Shown here one piece after another: positions 53,394 through 64,000 of a stretch of DNA of 64,000 nucleotides. The position numbers and the translations under genes were made by a program. This DNA is from Ramazzottius varieornatus (Eukaryota > Animalia > Tardigrada), in the NCBI GenBank assembly GCA_001949185.1, contig BDGG01000004.1:3169267-3233266 (forward strand), written 5' to 3'. Under the pieces are notes generated by a model. That model worked only from the letters and a program-made list of their open reading frames with translations, made no database searches and was not told the origin of the DNA. Numbering within the stretch: the stretch's first letter is position 1; each line of letters starts with the position of its first letter.

Positions 53394-54143
53394 GATATCC
53401 GATCTCTGAAACGATTAACAAACGTTAGACACTGGCCTCAGAAGCTGCAATACTCTGAGCTAAAACACTAAAAAGTACATTACTCAGAGAAACCGTTGGA
53501 AGCGCAATCGTCACTCACCGCGCAGAGACAGCCGCGTCCCTCTCGCCAATCCACGGAGATCCTCCTTCAACCAACAACCCCAATAATTCCTGCAAACGGT
53601 GTTCGACAGAGAATACTATGAACCGTGGCGCCAAATTCGAGTAGAGAGATCCGAGTTAAGTTAGAAAGCTGGCATGTTGAGTGTCATCGAAACTTTTCAA
53701 ATGAAAATAATTCCCTGTCCCAGTATGACATTACTATTACATAACATCCATCACATGTAAAGTACAAGGAGAACATGGCCGAGTTGTCAAGCATAATGGA
53801 GTTGTCAGGTCGAGCGTTTTACTTTTCGCTCATCCGAACTTTCTGCTTTCGAACCGGTGTGGAATTTGCATTTTTATCTATCAAACCAAGTCAAAGTTGA
53901 AAGATCCGGACGAAAGAAAGGCAAAAATTTCAACCTGACAACTCCATCATGCCTGATAACTTCGCTACGGTCTCCTGGTGGGTACTGCATTGGCCATCGG
54001 CTTCCGGTTTATACCGCCCACACCATCTTTTCGAAAAGCAAAGACCCGCAATTATTACGAACTGAACATCCAGATCCTCTGTCCGGATGTGCTCATTCAG
54101 CAAACAGTTGTCACAATTTAGGTCTTCCATTATATCGTAGGTA

Positions 54144-55756
54144 TTAGAGCGACAAGATGAAAAAGGTGAAAGTGCAGAAAATCGAAACCATTAGAGACGA
54201 AAGGCTCTCCGCCTTGTTACATAAATCGGTGTCGCAGCCGCAGAAGGTCGCGATACTGTTGTCTGCGTTTGTTCTTGTTTTACAGGGACTGATGCTTCTA
54301 GAGACGCATCCGCGAGCAACGCTTCCTACAAAACGAAGAGAAATGAGTACGGGGTATAGTAATCTCTGGAAAACACTGCCCGTACATACCGTACGAGGTA
54401 AGGTTGTAAACTGAGCCGCCCCATACCGGGTTTTTAAAGTCATAAAAAGTCTTCATTTGAAGACAATAGTTTACACTCAAAAACTGAGGAAGCAGCGATA
54501 CAAAAACAACAAATAGGAACTACACAGAAATTCCCTTCTTGACGTCTAAAACGTTCGTAAAGTTAGCCACGGCTGTAGCGTCTATCGCTTGAATGACTAT
54601 TTGATTGTCAGTCTCGGCTTTTCAACATAAGGTTTCAACGTTTCTTTAATTGCGGATTTCATGGATTCTGTGAATCCTCAAGTTGACTGTTTCTAATATC
54701 ATTCGACATCCCATCATTTTATCTATCGATCTGTCCATAAACGTTTGGGATAAGTAGGAGAGAACAGGCGAACGTGGACGACCAACTTCACAAACCCGGT
54801 ATGGGGCGGCTAACTTTACAACCTTTCCCTCGTACCGCAATCGTTTCTTACCGTAGTCATCGTAATGCGAACTTTTGTACGTGGTCTTCCCACACACTTC
54901 GTTCGCAGAGCATAGATTCGTACTTCGCGGCCTCAGGGCGTCGTTCACGAACGGATCGGCACACCCAGCGTTGACCTCCGTGAAAGCATCTCCGGCACAT
55001 GCATAGCATTTTAGTGAACTTCCTGCGATAAAGAAAATAAGACAGTGTTCCATGACGTGGAACTTCCGAACCAGTAAGGTTCATCATACGATGCCAAACG
55101 CGGTACGCAAGTACCTTCGGCGAAGTCCGCATTTGAAATTTCCTTGTTGTTACAAAGGTTTCCGCGACAGCCACAGGTGTGCGTATCCACGAGCGCTCGT
55201 GCCAGACCGTAGCTGGGCCGTACATCGTAGGTTGCGTTACATCCTATCAACTGAGTTCTGCATTGTCGGATAGTCGTGGTTTCTGCAAAGAACTATGTAT
55301 TAATCTGACTTAATAATACTTTGATTTTGGTGCAGAAGGCACCTCAGGGTGGAAGACGTACCCTGAGTTCCATCGGCTAACGAGAAGACTATCTTGTCAG
55401 CAACGCAGATTTGAGGAGCCGGGCAAAAGACTCGTCGCAGGTTCGTCGGATTGAAGTACTCGTCGCTGCATTCCCGTAATACCGGCTGAAAGGGGAGATA
55501 CTGGTTGTTCCAGGACTGGACCACACCGTTCCCTGCTACGTAACTCGGAGCACTGCCGTTGATCTGTTTCCGGAGGGAACTGCAAGTGTAGCAGTAATAC
55601 TGCGAATTTACTACAAAACGAAGCTGTGTATTTAGTTGAATGTTCTTCAATTCGGCCGGCCATCCAAGATAATGTACAGTACGTACCGGAAACGATCAGG
55701 CAGCTGAAGTTCCAGAGCAATATCCTGGTGAACCGAAACCAGGAGATGCTGTCCAT
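54144..55756 (-). CDS. GPI-anchored Ly6/uPAR (three-finger, quiver/sleepless-like) protein with two LU domains; 5 exons
   Basis: Signal-peptide-like exon MDSISWFRF…CLIVS; domain 1 YCYTCSS…CGCRGNLCN; domain 2 LKCYAC…ARGC…CGCDTDLCN; then a hydrophobic C-terminal tail. Confidence 0.85.
54394..54832. mobile_element. Mariner-like MITE (about 440 bp) in the last intron of the Ly6 gene
   Basis: About 42-bp imperfect TIRs, CGAGG(T/GA)AAGGTTGTAAA(CTG/GTT)AGCCGCCCCATACCGGGTTT, with TA on both flanks (54392-54393, 54833-54834). Removing it reduces the 526-nt intron to about 85 nt, the typical size here. Confidence 0.9.
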
Positions 55757-56623
55757 TGTGCACGTAAACTTGTCCGAAAGCCGAAAAGGAAAAGGCAATT
55801 TCGCAATTGGGAGATAAATCAAGATCCTGCTTGCGGTTCCTTATGGAAGACACTAACCCCCGGAGATCTCCTCTGAACAAAACGTTGGGCAAACCTTCCG
55901 CGAGGCCTGAAGAGCAGTGTGGACCGAGCGTTACGCCGCTACCCTCGACTACATAACGTCCAGCGAAGATCCAGCTCAAACTTCATATGGATTTTCGATA
56001 AACTGATACTTGACATGGTCAACAATTATTCAAGTCAGCACCTCAAGAACAACAAAGCAGTAAAATCATTTCGTAATGCTTTCCAGAGTGCGCCATTGAG
56101 GAGTATCGATCGTAAATAGGTGTGAACCTTTGTTTGATATGACCCTGATCGTAGTCGGAGCACTGTTTTTTCACCTCTCACCTCGATGTAACTTCCTGGC
56201 TGGCCCATACTGTCAGTCGAACCTAGGAATCCCTGCCGTCCTACCTCATAATGAGCTGGACCAATCATACAGCTTTCAAATCACCCTTCTTCCAAGAACG
56301 AAATGAACGTTACCTTAAAAAACGGTGGGACCATAAAGAAGAATATCGCCTTCGCTTGATCCATCCCTCGAAGTTCGAAGTGCATTTTATGAACAAACTG
56401 AAAGCTTCATACAGCACGGTGGCAAGAACCAAAAAACCTCTAGCACCAGGAGAGCTGAACTGGAATGCATAAAAACACGACAGTGAAGGGCAGTCGATGA
56501 GCAAAATCACAGACAGTGTCAAAAACATACGCACCATATTCAGACCAAAAACGTATATGGCCACGTACCTTAATACCGAGACGGAAAAGACTATTCTCAA
56601 AAGGTCAAGACACACACACCAGA

Positions 56624-59600
56624 TCAGTACGTGAGTGACCGAGGTATGTTGTAGAAAGGCTGTATCGGCTTGGACATTTCCATTTGTCTGGCCTTCTCCA
56701 GGTACACCATCGCCTTTTCATCATTGCCGTTCTCCACGAACAGCTCCCCAAGTGCGGCCCAAGCCTCGTGACAGGACGGGTCCCCCAGAAGCGCCTCCCG
56801 GAAGTGTCGTTCTGCCTCGGGGAAGCACTTCTCTTGTCGCTTCAGCCTACCCATCTCCACATGTGACGGCGGAAACCATGGATTGATTCCCAATGCATCG
56901 TCAAAGTATCTCTTGGCGTCTTCCGGATTGCCCTTCTTTCGGAGCGTGACCGTACCTGGAGACCAGAGACTGGTTTATCAGTTGTATTATCGGTTTTGGG
57001 ATCTTGCGCGTCTTGTGGCACGTCGGCAAATAACTTGAACACAATCGTTTCCTCAAGTGGCGCACTCCTTCACCCAATCAAAATGAAATCGTGCGCCACT
57101 GGAGATAACGATTGTGTTGAAATCATTTAACGACGTCCTATACAGCAGTTTTCAACAAACACAATAAAGGTTTCGTACCTTGTAAATGAAAGACTAGATG
57201 AGATGGCTGGCCGACACCCGACGCTTCGGACAGGCATTCCATGGCGGCTTCGTTGTGGCCCATCTCCAGATACAATTCAGCCATCAAAACCCAAATGTGC
57301 ATTTGAGTGTGAAACGTATGTTGAGATGAAGACTTTGTCAGGTAGCTGCCTGTGGTGGACGCCATCTCAGACATGGTTACTTCTGTCCGCGGGATCGTGG
57401 CGACGGATTCAGCACGGAAGGAGGCAGCGTCACTCTTTTCGACCACCATGGCCGACGAGGAAGGCGAGCCTTTCGTCGTGCTGACAACCATGACTGGCTC
57501 TTTCGACTGACCTGCTTGAGGAAGAGGAGACGTGGGCTGATTGTAGGAAAGTGGTGAGACAGGCACGTTTAGGAATTCAGGTGTGACCGTACGCAAACCT
57601 TCGCGGTCAGAGTCGGTACTAACTCGTTCATAGGCATTCTTCCAGGTCGCCAAGACATGCCTGCAGGACTTCAGTGCGTGTTCTGCTCCGTGTATCTTTG
57701 CCTAACAAAATACCAATACTGCCAAGTTATCATTGCAGGCCCCTATTTCGTCGATCACGAAACTTCTCTCTTGCGATTTGTCACACTGTTCGTTGTTTCA
57801 CATATGGGAAACAGGTCATACCAGAAGCCTTATCTTGGTTAGTTCGATTTCCACTTCTTCCTCAAACTCGACTTCCGTTTTCTCAAGGACCGTCAGTGCG
57901 TCCGCGTATCTTTTCCAAGAGGACAGAATGAGTGCCAAAAGGTGGTGAGCAGGAAGGAAGTCCATATTCAACCGAAGAGACTTCTTGACATGACGGAATG
58001 CTTCGTCCAAATTTCTTTCCATGCACAGCTCAAGAGCCAGGTAATACTGAGCTAAGAAGTCCTGCGGGTCTTCACTTTCAGACTGTGTATAGTGCTTCAG
58101 AGCCTTCGCTCGCATTACTGCCTGCTGCCTGGTTTCCCGCGCTCGAAGTGCGCTCAGGGAACAAGCAATGCCCAGCATTAGCCGCGATCTTCCGCTCAGC
58201 CGAGATCTTTCGGTAATCCGGCACAAATCTTCCGCGTACCTAAAACAACTTCGCTGTTAACATGTCAAGAGTTCACCTTTCAGACGGAGAAACATACCTT
58301 ATGCCTTTGTCCAGGTCTGTCAAACGTTCCAAGCAGATGCAAGCCGAAAAGACTATCAAGGTTCGATCTTTCGGCATCAAACGAAAACACTGTTCTAGGA
58401 TGTGCAGTCCCTTGCTGAAGTTACCCTTCACAATGGAAATCAACGCGCTCTGCTTCCACACATGTAGAGAGTTCGGACACATCTTCGCGGACCGCATCAA
58501 GAAAGGCGAGCCCAAGTCTAGCTGATACAGACGATTCACAGCAATCATACACAGGTCCACTATCGTTATGGAATACTTGATCAGCATTTGCCTCCATCTG
58601 TCCTCAGCATCCGAAGGTCGAGACGACGACTCGCGGGTAATCACAGCTTCACAGACACTTATCAACAGCATGACTTCTTCCAACAAGCTCACCGGCACGA
58701 AAGCTCCGTTTGTCTGATACTTCTTTGGCCGAGGAACTGTTAGCGACGCGGAAGCACCAGCAGAAGTCTGCTTTTCAGTCAGGCGGGGGTCCAGGTAGTT
58801 CTGCAGACCTAGATGTCCTCGCAGAAAGACATCGACTAACTGTCGTGTGTTCAATAAACGAACCTGGAAGAGGACGACGATTGAAAACTGAGAACTGCAC
58901 ATGGCCAGAAAACAAGTCGGCCACAGCGGATGAGTCGGCCACCCACCGGCTACAGTGTACGACATCTAACGTTAATGAGTGCCGACTTGTTTTGCTTGTC
59001 CCCAAGAGCTTTCGATAGTCACTGCACGTACCTTTCTTGTCGCCGGTGATTCCATCACCCGCAACGTATCTCGTAGTCGAGACAACGTAGCCAGGAGAGC
59101 CCCATTCTTGGCATAAAATGTAGGTACCTTGATTATTATGCTTTCGAGGAAGTCACCGAGCGTGAACTGAGATTCGTAGGCTTCTCGCGAAGTAGGATCG
59201 ACCATCTGCGCACAACGCAGCCCGACGTCCGTTCCAATTTCTAGCTCTGGCATGGACTTATCGTTGGGTCGGTCGTTCCGCTTCGATCGTCCACCTCCAG
59301 CAGACGGACGATTGAGACACACTCCCTTCAAACAGAAAGCTTCCGCGAAAATCTGGAGGTTCCTTCGGTTGACTTCCTGCGACAAGTCGAGCCTGTTCAG
59401 ATCGCTCTTCTCTAGCGTGATCAGACATTCGCTGAGATCACCGAGCACGAAATAAATCTTTGCCAGCAGGAAGCGAATCAGCCTGGTAATTTCCCCCTAC
59501 ACAATAAACAAAACGGAAATGGAGGTTTCCTGCGATTTTCATAAATTTTTATAAAATCCAGACGGCGGACTAATCTGTCCTTTCCCCTACAGAGCACACC

Positions 59601-60372
59601 CAGATCTGCACCAAACTTACGGGCAGAGAGGTTGTCGATAAAGATGATAAAACATTCTTGAGCTGGACAAGCGCTTTTGAAGTTTCATCTGGTAGTATCA
59701 CCGTCGTCCGCTGTGCAGCTCTTTCCAGTGTCTTCTCCAGTCGTGCTTCCACGAGATAGAATTCGTCTAATATACCGTTAATTAGCAACCCAAATAGGTT
59801 ACCGATTCTATAGCCATCAGGATAAGGTAAACGAAGTTCAAGTTAACTTTACCCAATGCATTATTCTGCGACAGCTTTTGTCCTTCGTAATAAGCAATGA
59901 TCCTGTCCCACAGACAGTCCTGTCGCAGCTTCTCGATATCCATCCGAAGAGGCGAGGGTTTAGCAGAGGAAGAAACGGTAACGTTGGACTTTGCGGTGGA
60001 GGAGGCTGCAGTGGAGGAGGATGGAGGAGTAGGAGGCTGTTTAGGATGAACTGGCTGCTGGTTGACACTGCCCTGGCCTGCCCCTGACGGCTTGTGACGT
60101 AGTCCACCATGGTCCGCCAGTGTGATCGGCGGAATAACACGGATTCGTATGTCCTAATCCATAAAACACCAATCTCAAGTCATAAATAATTTCACTTAAT
60201 TAACGGTAATGGCCGTAGATGCTAGTCGCGCCAGATGCTGAGCCCGGTCCGTGGAATACTCTCCAGCTGGCAATGATTTCCTGCGGCAACACCCAGATTT
60301 CCGCCCAGCGGGGCGCGCGCACGGTGAGAATTCCAACAACCTATGTCACATCAAATCTAAACATCTGACCAT
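56624..60372 (-). CDS. TTC7: Tetratricopeptide repeat protein 7 (PI4KA complex scaffold)
   Basis: MDIEKLRQDCLWDRI N-terminus, LVDVFLRG…FVPVSLLEEVMLL, HHLLALILSS, C-terminal HEAWAALG…EMSKPIQPFYNIPR. Start uncertain: ATG|gtcaga at 60372 gives an in-frame P/S-rich extension, otherwise the Met near 59943. Confidence 0.9.
57038..57118. repeat. Short palindromic dispersed repeat, copy 2 (in the last TTC7 intron)
   Basis: aacacaatcgtttcctcaagtggcgcac…gtgcgccactggagataacgattgtgtt inverted arms around cccaatc; homologous to 22535-22585. Confidence 0.85.
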
Positions 60373-61021
60373 GTCCCAGCACACCACGCACTATTTCACA
60401 CAGAGCCTGTCGTACCCCGCTATGAAAACGTCCCAGAAAAAGCAGAATTTAAACTTTGAGGGGGAGAAGATGCATCTCAGTTGCTAGTTTCTTTCTCGGC
60501 AAAATTGTAACAAAATCTTCTTCCGATCGGTGTCGTCATCGTGATGTCAGGGCGGTACGTCGACACCGTGTAGGCCGTTTAGGTGAATGACAATGTGACC
60601 TATAGAACACTCAGAACTCGCGGAACGTTGTCAGGTGGTTCGAGTCATAGTCGTTTCAACTTGCTCGACGTGAGTCGCCATGCATGGTGACGAAAATTCT
60701 TTTCCGGTCTGCACTAATCCAGTGATCCTCGAAGAACTTCATTCTTTCTGCAGGATATTCCGAAGGGATTTTATCTCTGGATTATCTCCCCAACCGTAAG
60801 TGATCTCCTGAGAGGTAGCTCGAACCTCTCGAGAGTCGATTGTGACTTCCTTGGGCACTCTGGAAAGGAAGGTGTAAAATGCAGACCGACAGGAGATTTG
60901 CCGATATAGCGGTGCTAGCTGCCTTTGATGTTTCTTTATTTCTCATGTTATTTGGCTATTCAAGTGAGTGATCCGTGGTTTGGCAGGTAGCTAACAGTCG
61001 TGTTGTCTGTTCCAGGTCACA

Positions 61022-61828
61022 ATGGGTGCCTACAAGTACATCCAAGAGATGCACCGTCGGAAGCAGTCCGAAGTTATGCGTTTCTTGAAACGCGTTCGAT
61101 GCTGGCAGTATCGTCAGCTGAATGCTGTTCATCGCGCTTCTCGTCCCAGCCGTCCTGAGAAAGCCCGTCGCCTGGGTTATAAAGCAAAGCAAGGTAAGTT
61201 CTGAGATTTGCATCGTTTGATCCTATGTATCGATTGTTTGAGAGTTTGTCTGCGTTCGATTACCAGTTACCATAATGTTATACCGTACTGATGTTTGTTC
61301 TGATTTTCAGGTTTTGTTATCTACCGTGTCCGAGTTCGTCGTGGTACGCGAAAGCGTCAGGCTCATAAAGGTCAGGTGTACGGAAAGCCCTCTAACCAGG
61401 GTATTAACCAGCTGAAATGGCAGAGAAATCTTCAGTCCAAGGCAGAGGTTCGTGATTTGTTCCTTAACATTTATCTAATGTTTTCCGTGAAGGGAAAACG
61501 GCATAACGGCTGTTATTTGCAGGAGCGAGTCGGTCGTCGCTGCCCTGCTCTGCGAGTTGTCAATTCCTACTGGATTGGCCAAGATTCCACCTTTAAGTTT
61601 TACGAAGTCATTTTAGTTGATCCTGCCCACAACGCCATCAGACACAATCCCGAAACACAGTGGCTTTGCAAGCCCGTGGCCAAGCACCGAGAACTTCGTG
61701 GTCTCACTTCCGCCGGTCGCAAGTCGCGTGGTCTCGGAAAGGGACACAAATTCCACCAGACGATTGGAGGTTCTCGTCGCGCAGCCTGGAAACGACATCA
61801 AAAGCTGTCTCTTCCTCGCAAGCGATAG
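61022..61828 (+). CDS. RPL15: 60S ribosomal protein L15 (eL15); 3 coding exons
   Basis: [21 protein letters not shown]…[12 protein letters not shown]|…ERVGRRC…[11 protein letters not shown]; AATAAA near 61971. Confidence 0.99.
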
Positions 61829-62159
61829 TTTTCGTGTTTCTTTTAGACCTTTCTTTGTCCTGTTGGTAGAGTGCTGTAGATCAGTCAACAGCTACGTGAT
61901 CAAGCTGTTGTTTCGACTTGTAAAATCCTTCTGGTTGGATCGAGCTTAACAAAATCGGCGCGTTGTACTGAATAAAATCGTCGGTTTCCTTGATTGCTCT
62001 GTGTTCTCGTTCACCAAGGACTCTTGTTTCTCGATGGTTCCACGAGTAAATCCGTTCAAAGAGTTTGTTACAACTGGACAGATAATCCTTCACAACACCA
62101 AACGAAGTCTACAAATTACAGCAAACCACTAAGATCAAGAAGGTCAAGTTAGAGTGACT

Positions 62160-62684
62160 TTAATAGCCAGTTGCCCATGGATCAACTCGATTCTTCCTCA
62201 TTAGGAAAGTAATCTTTCTGGACATGTCATCGCTGTAAATTCTTTTGCAGTGCTCGAAGGACAGCCGGTTCCGCACTTTGTACGGCTTCTCGTTGTATCT
62301 CCTCCGGCGAGCAATTTCTAAGATACCTTCATTTCCCAGGATTCTGAAAACGGAACATCAGCTCGCCACACAATCCTATCGCATGGCGTCGCTATCGCGT
62401 ACTACGTCATCGAAACTATCGTATCAAGAGATTCTGAACTCCAGAAGGTCGGAGCTTCCGCTTGACGTAGTGCGCGGTCCGAATCTTCTCGTCCAGCAGC
62501 TTCGCCTTCTCTAGGCTATCTTATATTTCTCGGTCTTAACAAAAAGCCGAAGCCTCCCTACGGTGCTACACGAAGTTTTCTCAAGTGATACCTACTTGTT
62601 GAGGGTGCGAAATGCGTCGTCCACTTGTCCGTTACGTACGAAAACAGTTCTTGCGTAGAAGGGGAGATGTGCTGGAAACTTCAT
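62160..62684 (-). CDS. MRPS21: Mitochondrial ribosomal protein S21 (bS21m); 2 exons
   Basis: Spliced MKFPAHLPFYARTVFVRNGQVDDAFRTLNK|ILGNEGI…RRRYNEKPY…CKRIYSDDMSRKITFLMRKNRVDPW. Not in the supplied ORF track. Confidence 0.93.
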
Positions 62685-63478
62685 CGTGGTCTCACACGGA
62701 GTACGATTATACGAGACTGCTCAGAGTGAGGCTTCTCTGGCGAAGCCTTTAAACCTGCACAACGAAGTACAGCGCGATCTCACAGCTGCAAATCTGTAGT
62801 CAGTGGGCAATAAAGGATGAAAAACTGGCCTAGGATCTAGGAGCACTTTCTGGACTCTGAAGTCTGGATTTCAAAGGAGCAATCGTGATTTCTGGAGGCT
62901 GGATACATACACGATGTCTCCGACGAGCTCAAGTAATAGAGCAGGCTCAATCAAGAGCAGAAACGTGACGGGTGTTAGGTGCATGACTGTATTAACGCGC
63001 AGACTGGATTTTTTGCGTTGTTTGCTGCCCTTCCCCTCACGCACCAGCGTACAAGCACCAACTGGTAAGGCGGGGCCAAAAGACTGCAGCAAACCGGGCA
63101 GTACTTCTTCATGAGTCATAGCCAGATGAGTCATGATAAATCTCGTTCTCGATCAGCTGGTTGAATGGATGGGGATCTTCTCTCTTCCCGCGCCGCCACC
63201 AACGACCATTTCCGTCTTTCAGACTCTGCCATTGTGGTCTGCAACATCCGTCCGGATCATTCGCTCACGTAAATCAAAGTATGTGAACGTGGTCGAAAGG
63301 TATGATTTCCGTTCTTCAGATCTGTGATGAACAAGAGCACGAAAATACTGACAGTTTTCTATATTTTTGTTTTGTTTTGTTTCAGCGAACGAGTCTAGAT
63401 TTTGCAACTCCCTGAAACAAGCTTGAACCCGGGAGCTCAGAGCCTTAGGCTGTCGAGCCATCCGTACACTGCTGCAGA

Positions 63479-64000
63479 ATGGACAGGAGCAGCAACCAAA
63501 AGTCTGAGGGATTAGGTGGCTCGATGGATTCACCGCAGTAAGTAAAGACTTTCTCCGCGAAAAAGGTACTCAGTTAGCCAAACATAAGGTTTATCGTTTG
63601 TTTCTGTAGTACTGAGGAGCAAGGGAGAACTCCAGTCACCTTCACCCAGTACTGCATTACGGCCGGAGCAGACGGTAGCTTGGTGGGCTTCGTTCGTGGG
63701 AAAAGTCAGAACGGAGCAGCTGTAAAGAGCTACTATGAAAGCCAAGGAAAGGCTGCCACTTGCAGTCAACCACCACAGCTGTCCCGTATCAGCAGCACGA
63801 CTGGTACCGAGGTAAGCCTGATTATTCTATCTTCGTTAGGAGGGACATGGCTGAATAATATACCGGCAAGTGGAGTTAACAAGAAACAGAGTGACTGATA
63901 ACTGATTATTCAATGAACACAATCAGCTGACCAAAGATTTTTCCACTTTTTTAGGTTGGTTTGTCATCACAGTCGCTCCCCATTGCTTCCGTCTCTACTC
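63479..64000 (+). CDS. 5' part of an unidentified gene running off the window
   Basis: ATG at 63479; exons 63479-63537, 63610-63811 and 63955-end join in frame (MDRSSNQKSEGLGG…TQYCITAGADG…TGTE|VGLSSQ) with strong gtaagt/gtaagc donors. An upstream non-coding exon donor lies near 63300. Confidence 0.6.

Noticed and set aside
63530-63769. Minus-strand ORF resembling a signal-peptide protein
   Set aside because: No ATG start; splice signals and in-frame exons support the plus-strand gene instead.

Overview
Gene-dense eukaryotic (metazoan) genomic DNA, not prokaryotic. Genes are split by many short GT-AG introns, mostly about 55-90 nt. The compactness, intron size and protostome-like proteins suggest a small-genome ecdysozoan such as a tardigrade; this is inference and not tested. 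About 17 protein-coding genes can be assembled by hand: SF3A1, a small coiled-coil orphan, a SAMD11/Samuel-type SAND-domain protein, CHMP2B, RPL4, an AGPAT1/2-like acyltransferase, a type II membrane EGF protein, PAN2, a CD151-like tetraspanin, a PDZ+ASD2 Shroom, TRMT12/TYW2, WASHC4, AP2A, TRA2, a two-domain Ly6/uPAR GPI protein, TTC7, RPL15 and MRPS21. One further gene is truncated at the right edge. There are two TA-flanked MITEs and a two-copy short palindromic repeat family. The most notable observations are a Nab2/ZC3H14-type (poly(A)-binding class) CCCH zinc finger encoded in frame inside PAN2, a TGAA-repeat-packed intron with an immediate in-frame stop just before the TRA2 RRM (candidate autoregulatory switch), a SAM-less SAMD11-type SAND protein, and a PDZ-bearing Shroom. 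No rRNA, tRNA or CRISPR array was seen. All family assignments come from recognising motifs by eye; no searches were run.
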